A DNA stretch of 64,000 nt. It comes from an uncultured Gemmatimonadaceae bacterium. GTDB lineage: Bacteria; Gemmatimonadota; Gemmatimonadetes; Gemmatimonadales; Gemmatimonadaceae. The translations under genes were made by a program, and so were the position numbers. The stretch spans positions 2,752,001 to 2,816,000 of the forward strand of contig CAVXGK010000002.1 in the NCBI GenBank assembly GCA_963761305.1, read 5' to 3'. Below, in pieces: positions 40,302 to 50,514 of the stretch. A model generated the notes under the pieces. That model saw nothing but the letters and a program-made list of their open reading frames with translations. It made no database searches and had not been told where the DNA came from. The number at the start of each line of letters is the position of its first letter. The first letter of the stretch is position 1.

Positions 40302-41540
40302 TCACCGCTTCGCGCCCGCCCACTTGTAGACCACGCCGCCGCGCATCACGAACACCACGCGCCGCACGGCGGTGAGGTCCTTCAGCGGATCGCCGTCGAG
40401 CGCGATGATGTCCGCCTCGTAACCCGGCGCGAGCGATCCGAGTCGATCGCCCATGCCGATCGCCTCGGCGGCGAGCGAGTTCGCCGAGACGAGCGTCTTC
40501 ATCGGCGTTTCGCCGCAGTGCTCGACGCGCCCGAGGAACTCCTCGGCGTTGCGTCCGTGCGCGCCGGCGGTGGCGTCGGTGGAGAAGACGACCTTCGCGC
40601 CGGGCGTGTGGACGGCGATGGTGCATATCTCGAAATCGCGCGGCAGGTCGCGCTCCATGATGTTCATGCCTTCGTCGGTGAAGCCGCCCGAGCCGACGTA
40701 TCGCGCGCGGTTCTCGAGATAGTTCTGCACGACGAGCCCGACCTGCGGACTGATGTACGCGCCGGCCTTCACGGCGGCGTCGATGTCTTCCTGCGTCGAG
40801 TACGTGGCGTGCTCGATCTCGCGGCACCCCGCGCGCGCCGCGGCGCCCGCTTGCGAGCGGTACGCGTGCACCATGCTCCGCAGTCCGACCGCGGCCGCTT
40901 CGTCGCACAGCACTTTGAGCTGTTCTTCCGTGATCGTGGGTCCGGCGCCGACGCGTTCACTCTTTGATGCGAAGATCTTGATGAGGTCCGCGCCCTGCGC
41001 CTTGCGACGGCGCACCATCGCGCGGAGCGAGTCGGCCGACACCGACGAGTCGGGCACGATCGGCGAGAGCGACGTCAGCACCCGCGGGCCGGGGAATCCG
41101 TGATCGCGAATCATGTCGCGGAGCGGCGCTTCCGACGGCGCCCCGACGGACTGCACCGTAGTGAAGCCGGCCATGAGCGTGACCCATGCGTTGTCGGCGA
41201 TGCCGAGTGCCGCCTCGGCGGCCGGCTCGTTGCGCGTCGCGATGCGACCCGTGCGGTCGAAGTGCGAGTCCAGGTGGACGTGCGTGTCGATCCAACCCGG
41301 GAGCACTGTGTAGCCGCGGAGATCGATCGTCGCCGCGCCACCGGCCGGCGACGCGAGCGACGTGATCTTTCCTTGGGAGACGCCGATGCGGGCGTTGTTC
41401 AACACGCCGCCGCGTCCGTCGAGGGCATGATCGGTCAGGATGACGACCGGTCCAGGCGGCGCCGGTGCCGGAACAGGGACGACTTGAGCGCCGAGTGGTG
41501 CCACGAGGAACGAGAGGAGGATCGCGGGATTGGTTCGCAT
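40302..41540 (-). CDS. Secreted amidohydrolase family protein
   Basis: LPGWIDTHVH, GADLIKIF, IEH, STD, GSLAPGYEADII. Confidence 0.92.
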   Translation of the reverse strand: MRTNPAILLSFLVAPLGAQVVPVPAPAPPGPVVILTDHALDGRGGVLNNARIGVSQGKITSLASPAGGAATIDLRGYTVLPGWIDTHVHLDSHFDRTGRIATRNEPAAEAALGIADNAWVTLMAGFTTVQSVGAPSEAPLRDMIRDHGFPGPRVLTSLSPIVPDSSVSADSLRAMVRRRKAQGADLIKIFASKSERVGAGPTITEEQLKVLCDEAAAVGLRSMVHAYRSQAGAAARAGCREIEHATYSTQEDIDAAVKAGAYISPQVGLVVQNYLENRARYVGSGGFTDEGMNIMERDLPRDFEICTIAVHTPGAKVVFSTDATAGAHGRNAEEFLGRVEHCGETPMKTLVSANSLAAEAIGMGDRLGSLAPGYEADIIALDGDPLKDLTAVRRVVFVMRGGVVYKWAGAKR

Positions 41541-41787
41541 CGTAGGCAGTGGTGTATGAGCTGATTCTGAATGCCGAGCCCGCCAAGCGTTAGGGGGCTG
41601 AAGATTAGGTAAGGCACGGAAATGGCGCGTCGCAAACCGCTCGTTCCGGAGTTGGGCACTTCTTTCCGGGATGGCGGTATTACGGTCCCCCGCGCACGAT
41701 AACGGTGTCTAAACCGATGGGTTGCGCGCTACGCTCGACGGAGGGCGTGGCGTTCTGGATCGCACCTCTCAAACGAAGGCGGTTCGA

Positions 41788-42651
41788 ATGCGCTCCGTGC
41801 GATGCGATGCCTGCGGCGCCAAGGCGCTCATGGCTGCATCTCAGTGTCCGAAGTGCGGGCACTTGTTCGAGGTGCGAGACGGGTTCGGCGAGCTGCTCCC
41901 GCTCGCTTACTGCTCGAGCTGCGAGTCGTACTATCCCGCGCATTTGGGATCTTGCAAGTGGTGCGGGACGACGCCCGAGGCGGCGCCCAAGGCGCCGCTG
42001 ATCTGGAAAGGCGCGGCCATCGGAGGACTCATCGCCGCGGCGTGGCTCGGCGGATTCTTCATGCTGCGCGAACCGAAGCACAAGACGGCGACGCGCGCGC
42101 GCGCGACGGCTCAATCGCGGCCCGGGACGAGCACGCCGGCCGACAGCGTCATCGCCATCGGCGAGTGGGTCCCGGTGGACTCGGCGCCGTCGAATGATCC
42201 CGTGATGGCTGGGGGGGGGACTGGAGGGGCCGTGGTCGTGCCCGTCGTGGCCACCTCGAACGTACCGGTCGTGACCGCACCCGACGTCGTCGTGCCACAA
42301 GGGGCCGCAACGCGAGCGGCACCACGCGCGAGCGCGGCGCCGGTTCCGTTCAACAATTCATATTCTGGAATGCCGGCGGGAACGCCGAAGGTTTCGTCGT
42401 CGAAATCGCGATCGGCGTCGCGATGGGTTCCGTCGGTCGCGCGGAGCTGGGTCATCGTTCGAAGCGACGCGCGACAGGATTCGCGCATCGTCGCCTCGGT
42501 GGGGCCCGCGTCGCGGGTCATGCTGGGCGAATCGCAGGGCTCGTGGCGCCGGCTTCGATCGCGCGACATCGTCGGGTGGGTGGATCTGCGGCGTTCGTCA
42601 TTCGCGGCGTTACGGAGCTCGGCCCGAGCGAACGGACTGGCGTCGCGGTAG
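41788..42651 (+). CDS. Zinc-ribbon / TM / SH3-like domain protein
   Basis: Four CxxC pairs, one TM helix, low-complexity linker, C-terminal VR..S.IV..W.R...GWV SH3b-like pattern. Confidence 0.7.
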   Translation: MRSVRCDACGAKALMAASQCPKCGHLFEVRDGFGELLPLAYCSSCESYYPAHLGSCKWCGTTPEAAPKAPLIWKGAAIGGLIAAAWLGGFFMLREPKHKTATRARATAQSRPGTSTPADSVIAIGEWVPVDSAPSNDPVMAGGGTGGAVVVPVVATSNVPVVTAPDVVVPQGAATRAAPRASAAPVPFNNSYSGMPAGTPKVSSSKSRSASRWVPSVARSWVIVRSDARQDSRIVASVGPASRVMLGESQGSWRRLRSRDIVGWVDLRRSSFAALRSSARANGLASR

Positions 42652-42725
42652 ACGCTGACGCCGCGCGCTTTACACCCACTCGTCCAAACGTGGTCGACCG
42701 GGATGCATCGGTCTGCGCGGCGACG

Positions 42726-42837
42726 AGCCGCGGGATGAACTGACACAAACCGATTGAATGGACGACGACTGAGACAACAACATGGTTGTCATCCGTCGGG
42801 TTCAGTTCAATCCATTGGCGTCTGTTTCCCCGCGGCT
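42726..42837. repeat. Long imperfect inverted repeat (REP/MITE-like hairpin)
   Basis: agccgcggg..gattgaa..cgacg..gacaac [aacatg] gttgtc..cgtcg..ttcaatc..cccgcggct. Confidence 0.65.
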
Positions 42838-42914
42838 GTCAATTCGGCGAGGGGAGGCATCCCGGCGAGGCCCGTGAGAGTAGGTTAGGTCGGCACCCTT
42901 CAGGAAACGTGTCT

Positions 42915-44357
42915 GTGCGGCATTCAGCAATTCGGTTCGCGTTGGCATCGCGTGTCGCCGGCGCCCTGCTCGGACTGTCGTGCGCATTGACGTTCGCGAG
43001 AGCGCAGACGCTGACGATCGGGAACGCCACGGTCATCGACGTCTCGACCGGCACGATGCATCGCGGAACGACCGTCGTCGTCGACGGCAATCGCATCGCC
43101 AGCGTCGGCCCATCGGCGACGACGCGTGCGCGGGGGAGAGTCGTCGACGCCAAGGGCATGTACCTGATTCCCGGACTGTGGGACATGCACACCCACGCCT
43201 ACTTCGGCTGGCCGCGCGATTTCGGCGACGACTACGTGCTGCCGATGTTCATCGCCAACGGGATCACCGGCATTCGCGACATGGGGAGCGATCTCGACGC
43301 CGTGCTCCGCGCGCGCAGCGAAGTCGCGGCACATCGGCTCGTGGGTCCGCGGATGGTCGTCTCCGGCCCGATGCTCGACGGGCCGAAGGTCGCGTTCGCG
43401 GCGTCGATCGCGATCGCCACGCCGGACGACGGTCGCAAGGCCGTCGACATGCTCAAGGCGAGAGGCGTCGACTTCATCAAGGTCCAGTCGGGCGTGCCGC
43501 GCGACGCCTACTTCGCGATCGCGAGCGAGGCCAAGAAGGACGGCATCGTGTTCGAGGGACACGTGCCGGACGCGATTCGCGCGTCGGAAGCGATCGCCGC
43601 GGGCCAGCGAACGTTCGAGCATCTCATCGGCATCTTCGAGGCGAGCACGCCGGACGAGGCGTCCTTCATCAAGCGACGCTACGGCGCCGGGAAGGACTCG
43701 TCAGCCAACAAGAGCCTCGCCGCGTTTCTCGATCGCTACGACTCGGCGCGCGAGGCGAGCATCATCCAGCTGATCGCGAAGAACAATGTGTGGCAATGCC
43801 CCACGTTGTTCTGGGAGCGCGGACAGTGGCTCGTCGACACGGTGGACTACGCGAAAGATCCGGACCTCGCGTTCACGCCGCGCACGTGGATCGACAAGAA
43901 GTATCCGTCGATGCGAAAGTCGATCGTCGGAAGCATGGACACCGATCCGCTCGCCGTGCGCCGGCGATTCGTGCAGCACGAGCTCGACATCGTGCGCAAG
44001 CTGCACGCGGCGGGCGTGCCGTTTCTGGCGGGCACCGACACTCCGGCGGGAGTGGACGTGACGCCGGGCATCAGCCTGCACCTCGAGCTGCAGCGCTTCG
44101 TCGCCGCCGGATTCACGCCGCTCGAAGCGCTGCAGACGGCGACGATCAATCCCGCACGCTTTTACGGAAAGACGTCCGACTATGGAAGCGTCGAGCCCGG
44201 ACGCTTCGCGGATCTCGTCATCCTGCGGGCAAATCCGCTCGACGACGTCGCGAACACGCGGTCGATCGCCGGCGTGGTCGCCGATGGCAGGTATTGGTCA
44301 CAGGCCGACGTCGACCAACTTCGCGATCGGCTGAAGGCCGTCGCGGCGAAACGCTGA
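42915..44357 (+). CDS. Secreted amidohydrolase family protein
   Basis: IPGLWDMHTH, GVDFIK, FEH, AGTD, GSVEPGRFADLVIL; start approximate. Confidence 0.92.
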   Translation: MRHSAIRFALASRVAGALLGLSCALTFARAQTLTIGNATVIDVSTGTMHRGTTVVVDGNRIASVGPSATTRARGRVVDAKGMYLIPGLWDMHTHAYFGWPRDFGDDYVLPMFIANGITGIRDMGSDLDAVLRARSEVAAHRLVGPRMVVSGPMLDGPKVAFAASIAIATPDDGRKAVDMLKARGVDFIKVQSGVPRDAYFAIASEAKKDGIVFEGHVPDAIRASEAIAAGQRTFEHLIGIFEASTPDEASFIKRRYGAGKDSSANKSLAAFLDRYDSAREASIIQLIAKNNVWQCPTLFWERGQWLVDTVDYAKDPDLAFTPRTWIDKKYPSMRKSIVGSMDTDPLAVRRRFVQHELDIVRKLHAAGVPFLAGTDTPAGVDVTPGISLHLELQRFVAAGFTPLEALQTATINPARFYGKTSDYGSVEPGRFADLVILRANPLDDVANTRSIAGVVADGRYWSQADVDQLRDRLKAVAAKR

Positions 44358-44414
44358 CGCGCGAGACCGGAGCACCGTTGGTGGCGGGCGTCGGTCTCGC
44401 GCGTCGTGCGATGC

Positions 44415-44999
44415 TTAATTGCCACCGCGCCCGGTGCGCGGGAGCGCCGACGGCGGCAAGATGCCGTTGAGGCGCATGTAGTTCGCCAACTGGCTGTAGT
44501 GATCCGCCATGTCGAGCGCGTGGCCGAGCACCATCGCCGCGCGGGTGGTTTGTCTCGGCTGACCGCCCATCGTGAACGAGATCGCGTCGCCCAGGTTCGC
44601 GTCGGTGACCTGCGCGAGCGCGTCGTCGCAATACTTGATCGATGCTTTGAGCTTGGCCACGAGCGAGTCCTTCGGCCATTTCGCTTTCACGGAGTCGGGC
44701 GTTGTCGTGTCGGACGCGGCCATCGTCGGCTGCAGCGGGCCGAACTTGGTGCAAAAGAGATAATTGTCGCTCGCCACGTGCTGCGCGATGTAGCCAATGG
44801 TGAGCTGCGCCGGCGTGGGCTTGTAACTGAACTTCGATTCGGGGATCGAATCGAACGCCTGAGCGATGTTGCGATGAAGGCCGCCGATGCGGCCGCGGAA
44901 TGCGGTGGTGATTGGATTGGCTGTCGCCGGCGCCGGCTGCTGCGCGGCGAGACTCAGCGGCAGAAAGACGGCGAGAATGGCGGAACGCGAAATCTTCAT
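44415..44999 (-). CDS. Secreted DinB family protein
   Basis: Signal peptide, IPESKFSYKPT, H..DHYSQLANYMRLNGILPP. Confidence 0.85.
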   Translation of the reverse strand: MKISRSAILAVFLPLSLAAQQPAPATANPITTAFRGRIGGLHRNIAQAFDSIPESKFSYKPTPAQLTIGYIAQHVASDNYLFCTKFGPLQPTMAASDTTTPDSVKAKWPKDSLVAKLKASIKYCDDALAQVTDANLGDAISFTMGGQPRQTTRAAMVLGHALDMADHYSQLANYMRLNGILPPSALPRTGRGGN

Positions 45000-45155
45000 A
45001 CGTGCTCCCATGAAGGTGGCAGGGTCAAGACTGTGATAGTGGATACGCAAGGCGATTTGCGCAACGGTCGCGAGCGTGGCAGCGTTGACAGCGATATTGG
45101 CCGCGATTTACAGAATCTTGACACTCGGCATCGTCAGCGCTCCATCCGACTCCCC

Positions 45156-45677
45156 ATGGATTTCACAAACTCTTTCCTCGCGCGTTCCCGTTACTATCTC
45201 GCGACCGAGTACCGCATCAAGATCCGCGCGGCGGTCGAGACACTTCCAGACGGCACGTTGTGGAGTCGGCCGAACGAGGAATCGAACAGCGTCGGCAACC
45301 TGCTCCTGCATCTCGCCGGCAACGTGCGGCAGTGGATCGTGTCGGGCGTCGGCGGAGCGAGCGACACTCGCAACCGCGCGAGCGAATTCTCGGCGCGAGA
45401 TGGTGCCGACGCGGCGACGCTCCTCGCCGCCCTCGACGCCGTATTGGACGACGCCGACGCCGTGCTCGCCAGACTCACCGAGGCAGATCTGGCGACGACG
45501 CGCACAATTCAGGGTCGCGACGTAGAGGTGCTGGAGGCCGTCTACCACGTCGTCGAACATTTCTCCGGCCACGTCGGGCAGATCGTGCTGATCGCCAAGA
45601 TGCATTCGCCGGGTGCCGTTGGTTTCTACGAAGACGCGGGCGGATTGGCGCGTCCGGTCTGGCCGTCGTTCAAGTAG
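45156..45677 (+). CDS. DinB/DUF1572 family protein
   Basis: RPNEESNSVGNLLLHLAGN, RNRASEF, HFSGHVGQI. Confidence 0.88.
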   Translation: MDFTNSFLARSRYYLATEYRIKIRAAVETLPDGTLWSRPNEESNSVGNLLLHLAGNVRQWIVSGVGGASDTRNRASEFSARDGADAATLLAALDAVLDDADAVLARLTEADLATTRTIQGRDVEVLEAVYHVVEHFSGHVGQIVLIAKMHSPGAVGFYEDAGGLARPVWPSFK

Positions 45678-45775
45678 CGAGACGAGCGTGGCCGGCGTGA
45701 CCGTGAGCTGTCATCCTGGTGTCAGGCGGCAGCGCATACAATAGAAGCAGCTCCCTCCTCTTCCAAGAGACTCAC

Positions 45776-46837
45776 ATGCGCCGATTGCCCACTCGCGCGA
45801 CGCTCGCCGTCGCGGCTGCTCTCCTCGCCATTCCCGCCGCGTCGCGCGCGCAGAAGTTCACGGCGACCAAGGTCGACATCGGCGGTGAGGGCGCCTTCGA
45901 TTATCTCTCGGTCGACACCGCGACGGGACGCGTGTTCGTGTCGCGCGGCACGCGCATCCAAGTCGTCGACGGCGCGACCGGCAAAGCGGCGGGCGAAATA
46001 CCAAACACGCCCGGCACGCACGGCGCGCTCATCGTGAATTCCGCGAAGCGCGGCTTCACCACGAACGGACGCGACTCGACGTCGACGATGTTCGACCTGG
46101 CGTCGCTCGCCATCGTCAAGCAGATCCACGCCGGCCAGTCCGGTCTCGACGGCTTCATGTACGACGACGCGACGAACAAGGTGCTCACGATCGACCACAG
46201 CCGAGCGCCGGCGGGCGGCACCGCGGTGGTGATCGATCCGAACAGCGGCGACGTGGTCGGAACGGTGACGACGTCGGGTTCCGCGCCGGAGGGCGGCGTG
46301 AGCGACGGCAAGGGACGGATCTTCATCAATCTCGAAGACACCGACGCGACGGACGTGATCGACACGAAGACGTGGAAGGTCGTCGCCACGTGGCCCGTCG
46401 CGCCGTGCAAAGGTCCGACGGGAATCGCGATGGACCGCGCGTCCAACCGCATCTTCGTCGGCTGCAGCAACACGTCGATGGTGCTCGATGCGTCGAGCGG
46501 AAAGGTCGTTGCGCAGATCACGAACGGCGGCGGCGTGGATGGCATCGCGTGGGATCAGTCGCAGAAGCTGCTCTACATTCCCAGCGGTGCGGACGGTAAC
46601 GTGACCGTCGTGCACGAGGACTCGCCCGACAAGTACACCACGGTGGAGACCGTTCCGACCATGCGCGGCGCGAGAACGATCGCCATCGATACCAAGACGC
46701 ACACCGCGTACGTCTTCACGCCGGAGTACGGTCCGGCTCCGGCGCCCGCGCCGGGTTCACCGCCGCCGGCGGCCGGCCGCGGTCGAGGGCCGCGCGGACC
46801 GCAGCTCGCGGCGTGGCTCTTCGCGATCAAGCACTAG
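45776..46837 (+). CDS. Secreted YncE/YVTN beta-propeller protein
   Basis: Signal peptide, FDYL, RGFTTNG, CKGPTGIAMD, GARTIAID. Confidence 0.85.
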   Translation: MRRLPTRATLAVAAALLAIPAASRAQKFTATKVDIGGEGAFDYLSVDTATGRVFVSRGTRIQVVDGATGKAAGEIPNTPGTHGALIVNSAKRGFTTNGRDSTSTMFDLASLAIVKQIHAGQSGLDGFMYDDATNKVLTIDHSRAPAGGTAVVIDPNSGDVVGTVTTSGSAPEGGVSDGKGRIFINLEDTDATDVIDTKTWKVVATWPVAPCKGPTGIAMDRASNRIFVGCSNTSMVLDASSGKVVAQITNGGGVDGIAWDQSQKLLYIPSGADGNVTVVHEDSPDKYTTVETVPTMRGARTIAIDTKTHTAYVFTPEYGPAPAPAPGSPPPAAGRGRGPRGPQLAAWLFAIKH

Positions 46838-46902
46838 ATCGGCGGACCGACGGCAATTGGCAGATTCGGCGCGCGGGATCCGTAGAGACGGCCGCTAGGC
46901 GG

Positions 46903-48510
46903 CTAGGCCAGCTCCAACGCTCGCGGGTCGCCCATCGGCGGCGATGGCTCGATAGCATCCGCGGCCGGCAACAGTAGCTCGAAGACGCTTCCCCCGCCGA
47001 ATCGCGGCGCGTAGGCGAGACGCCCACCCTGCAATTCGGCCAACCGCCGCGCGATCGACAACCCGAGTCCTGCGTGTCCAACGTCGGGCGATTCCGACTT
47101 CGGACGATAGAACGGTTCGAAAATCCGCTCGCGTTCCGCGGCGGCGACGCCCGGGCCGCGATCCGCGACGCGGATCGCCAGCCAGGATCCTTCGCGCGTT
47201 GCGTGCACCTCGACCGCCCCTCCGGGACGGGTGTAGCGAATCGCATTGTCGATCAGGTTGCCGACGATCCGCAACGACTGCACGAAATCGAAATAGCCGG
47301 CGAGCGCCGGCGAATCGAAATCCAGGTGCGGGATGATCGATCGATCCTGCGCGATCCCCGCGGCCCGTCGAATGGCCGCGCCGACCAGGTCCTCAGCGGT
47401 ATTCAGCTCGAGATCGAGGGCGATTCCGCCGGCGCGGATTCGCGACAGATCGAGCACATTCGTCACGAGGTCCGCCAGGCGGTCGACCTCCGCCTCGATG
47501 GACTCTCCACTCGCCTCGCCGCGCGCGGTGGCTCGCTGCGCGAGCAACTTGATGGTAGTGAGTGGCGTGCGCAGGTCGTGCGACACGGTGGCCAGCACTT
47601 CGTCTTTAGCGCGGCTCTCTTCGCGCAGCGCGTTGGCACGCTCCATCTCACGCGCCAAACGCAGTCGCTCGGCGCCGAGCGCGGCATAGTAGCCGATCGC
47701 CGACAGAAAGCGACGGGCCGGCGCATCCAAGTCGCGCGGCTCGCCGTGTCGCTGGATGTACATGAGCCCGACGCGTCGCGATTCCACAACCAGCGGCACG
47801 ATGAGCGAGACGATCACATGCGACTCCGCCACGTTGTCGAGTGGCCCGCGCAGCATCGATCCGTCGGGCAGCTCGGCGGCGGCGTGAGTGGCACGTTCCT
47901 CGGCCGCGTCGACCGCGATGATTTCCAATCGCTTCGCTTCGCCATCGAGCGGCTCGAGGCCGCTCGCGGCCACGGCATCCGCTGCCAGATTCCCGGTCTC
48001 ATCAAAGAGCCAGATCGCCGTTCGACGCGAGTAGAGCGCGTCCTGCACGAGGTTGGTGATGGCGAGGAGCGCCTCCTCGGGTCGCGCGTACCGAAGTGTC
48101 TGCGAGCCGATCAACGAGAGCGACGCGATTTCGTCGCCGCGCTGGCGCGCCGCCGCCGATTCCTCGCGCGCGCGCGTCAGCAGCTCGGTGGCGACGAAGG
48201 CCGCGGCGAGGAACGCCCCCAAGACGACCCAGTCGAGCGGCTTGTCGACGGAGATCAGCCCGTATGGAGGCTGAAAGAAGTAATCGATGATGACGAAGCC
48301 GAGCACGGCGAGCGTGAACCCGAGGGCTCGGCCCCCACCGGCGCTCCCGCCGAGGACGACGAGCAGCAGCGTGAGCGACACGTGCGACTGATCGATCTCG
48401 CCGCGAACCCATAGCATGACCGACGCGGCGGCGACGAGCATTCCGAGCCAGAAGGCCCATCGAGCCGCGAGGCCGCGGTCAGTCCTCGTCGCTGGCCAAC
48501 CGATATCCAT
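46903..48510 (-). CDS. KdpD-like sensor histidine kinase (DUF4118 TM, GAF-like, HisKA, HATPase)
   Basis: DYFFQPPY DUF4118 motif, VSHDLRTPLT, NLIDNA, DRGPG, GLGLSI; no N-terminal KdpD/Usp domain. Confidence 0.9.
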   Translation of the reverse strand: MDIGWPATRTDRGLAARWAFWLGMLVAAASVMLWVRGEIDQSHVSLTLLLVVLGGSAGGGRALGFTLAVLGFVIIDYFFQPPYGLISVDKPLDWVVLGAFLAAAFVATELLTRAREESAAARQRGDEIASLSLIGSQTLRYARPEEALLAITNLVQDALYSRRTAIWLFDETGNLAADAVAASGLEPLDGEAKRLEIIAVDAAEERATHAAAELPDGSMLRGPLDNVAESHVIVSLIVPLVVESRRVGLMYIQRHGEPRDLDAPARRFLSAIGYYAALGAERLRLAREMERANALREESRAKDEVLATVSHDLRTPLTTIKLLAQRATARGEASGESIEAEVDRLADLVTNVLDLSRIRAGGIALDLELNTAEDLVGAAIRRAAGIAQDRSIIPHLDFDSPALAGYFDFVQSLRIVGNLIDNAIRYTRPGGAVEVHATREGSWLAIRVADRGPGVAAAERERIFEPFYRPKSESPDVGHAGLGLSIARRLAELQGGRLAYAPRFGGGSVFELLLPAADAIEPSPPMGDPRALELA

Positions 48511-49216
48511 AGCCCGGTTCGGTGAGAATGATGCGAGGTTGCGCGGGGTCGCGCTCGATCTTGCGACGCAGATGTGTGACGTACACCCGAAGGTACTGTT
48601 GCGGGTTCCCGTACTCGCGGCCCCAGACCGCGTCGAAGATCTGCTGGTGACTCACGGGGCGCCCGCCGTGGACCACCAGACTCCGCAAAATGTTCCACTC
48701 GGTCGGCGTGAGCTTGATCTTCATCGAATCGCGACGCACCTCGCGCTGCGCGAGATCGATCGCCAATCCGTCGACCTCGACCCCGGCAGCCTCGTCACTG
48801 CGAGGCGTCCGAGTGCGTCGCAACTGTGCCTGCACGCGTGCCACGAGCTCGCCGAGCCCGAACGGTTTGCTCACGTAGTCGTCGGCGCCGGCGTTCAACA
48901 GCCGAATCTTTTCCGCTTCGGCGTGGCGCGCCGACAGCACGACGATGGGGGCCGACGACCAGCGTCGTATTTGCCGACACACCTCGAGCCCTTGCCGGTC
49001 CGGCAATCCCAGATCGAGCACCACGAGGTCGGGTGATTCGGACAACGCGGTGGCCACCGCTTCGGCGCCCGTTCGCGCTTCGAGAACGCGCGCCGGCAGC
49101 GCCATGAGACTGTCGCTCAACGCGCGCCGGACCTGGGTCTCGTCGTCGACGATCAGGATCACGGGCGCCTTTGCCGAGCGCATGAAGGCAGGCGGGATGG
49201 AGGCTGGGAGCGTCAC
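48479..49216 (-). CDS. KdpE-like OmpR-family response regulator
   Basis: LIVDDE, LDLGLPD, GADDYVSKPF, YLRVYVTHLRRKIE, TEPGYGY; GTG start overlaps TolC stop (alternative ATG 49183). Confidence 0.92.
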   Translation of the reverse strand: MTLPASIPPAFMRSAKAPVILIVDDETQVRRALSDSLMALPARVLEARTGAEAVATALSESPDLVVLDLGLPDRQGLEVCRQIRRWSSAPIVVLSARHAEAEKIRLLNAGADDYVSKPFGLGELVARVQAQLRRTRTPRSDEAAGVEVDGLAIDLAQREVRRDSMKIKLTPTEWNILRSLVVHGGRPVSHQQIFDAVWGREYGNPQQYLRVYVTHLRRKIERDPAQPRIILTEPGYGYRLASDED

Positions 49217-50466
49217 GGCGCCACGGACACGACGTCGCTCGCTGCCGCGGCGTTGAGCGCGTAGACGCCGACCCAATAATCGTGCAACGCGGTGAGGTAG
49301 TCGGACCGAACGTCGCGCTGCGCGCGCACCGCATCGAGCACGTCGAGCAGCGAGGCGGCGCCTCGCGAATACGCGTACTGCACGGCCGCGACTCCTGCGT
49401 CGATCTTCGCCAACAGCCCCGACCGGTATCGCTCGACCAGCTCTCGTTGCGCCGTGTACTCGGCGAGCGCCGCCACGACGTCGCGCTCGACCTGCGCGTC
49501 GGCGCGACGCGCGTTCACCGATGCGGCGTTGGCTCCCGCCGCCGCGCGCTCGCGCTCGCCGCGGTACACGTTGAGACTCGGCAGCTCGAACGATAGGCCG
49601 AACGAGTAGAAGTGACCGTTGTCGAACGGACCGGTCGTCTGTCTCACGTACGACAATTGTGGCGTGGGGACGAGCAGCGACGCCGCCGCGCGTCGTGCCG
49701 ATTCGCTCTGCATCACGCGCTGCTGCGCCGCGAGAGCATCCGGACGATGCACGCGCGCGGCGGCGAGCACCGAATCGCCGTTCACTCGCGACTCCCGGTA
49801 CTCCAACGATCCGACCGCGGCGAACGCGGTGTCGGTGTGCGCGCTGCCGATCGCGCTCTGCAGCGCGAGCCGCTCCGCCCGGACCGCACCGCGCTGGCGC
49901 TCGAGGTCAGCCTCGGTTCTCACCAGCTCGACCTCGCTGCGCGCCAGGCTCAGTGCGGGAACGTCCCCCGCTTCGAAGCGGGCGGAATCAGCGCGAAGGA
50001 TCTGCGCGATCGCGTCGCGGTTGGCAGCGGCCAGTTGGAGCTGTTCCTGGCCGAGCAGTGCGTCGAAGAAGCTGCGCGCGACGTTGAGCGTGACTTGGCG
50101 ATCCACGTCGCGCCGGTCGAACGAGACCGCCTCCGCGCCAAACGACGCCGTCCTCGTTCGATAGTGGCGCTGCGGCGTGACGTCGAGCGCAATCGTCGCC
50201 GAGTACTGGTAGGGAGAATTCGGCGCGGCGGCGAGTACCGGATTCGGCAGCGCGGCGGCGATGTGGCGCTCGGCAGCCGCCGAATCAACCGTCGCGCGAC
50301 TGACGAGCACGTCGGGGTTTTCTCGCAACGCGCGCCGGATTGCTTCGGGCAGGGTGATCCCCACGGTTCGGTTCTCGGCGGCGCCTTGCGCGCGCGCACT
50401 CCCGGCCGCCGAGAGAAGGCTGAGTGCGGAGCAGATTACGATCGAGCGAGAGACCGCGAGCGTCAT
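49213..50466 (-). CDS. TolC family outer membrane protein (CzcC-like)
   Basis: Signal peptide, ALRENPD, LPNP, RFEAGDV, YSRGAASLLDVLDA. Confidence 0.88.
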   Translation of the reverse strand: MTLAVSRSIVICSALSLLSAAGSARAQGAAENRTVGITLPEAIRRALRENPDVLVSRATVDSAAAERHIAAALPNPVLAAAPNSPYQYSATIALDVTPQRHYRTRTASFGAEAVSFDRRDVDRQVTLNVARSFFDALLGQEQLQLAAANRDAIAQILRADSARFEAGDVPALSLARSEVELVRTEADLERQRGAVRAERLALQSAIGSAHTDTAFAAVGSLEYRESRVNGDSVLAAARVHRPDALAAQQRVMQSESARRAAASLLVPTPQLSYVRQTTGPFDNGHFYSFGLSFELPSLNVYRGERERAAAGANAASVNARRADAQVERDVVAALAEYTAQRELVERYRSGLLAKIDAGVAAVQYAYSRGAASLLDVLDAVRAQRDVRSDYLTALHDYWVGVYALNAAAASDVVSVAP

Positions 50467-50514
50467 GACAGGAATACATGGTACCCGCGCACGAGACGCG
50501 CCGAACGTGCGTCC

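Noticed and set aside
41600..41740. Possible riboswitch or sigma54 promoter upstream of the zinc-ribbon/SH3 gene
   Set aside because: Only partial resemblance; conserved c-di-GMP riboswitch motifs and the TGGCAC-N5-TTGC consensus are not properly matched
46903..49216. Naming the two-component pair kdpD/kdpE
   Set aside because: The kinase lacks the KdpD N-terminal domain and no kdpFABC is adjacent, so it is treated as a paralog
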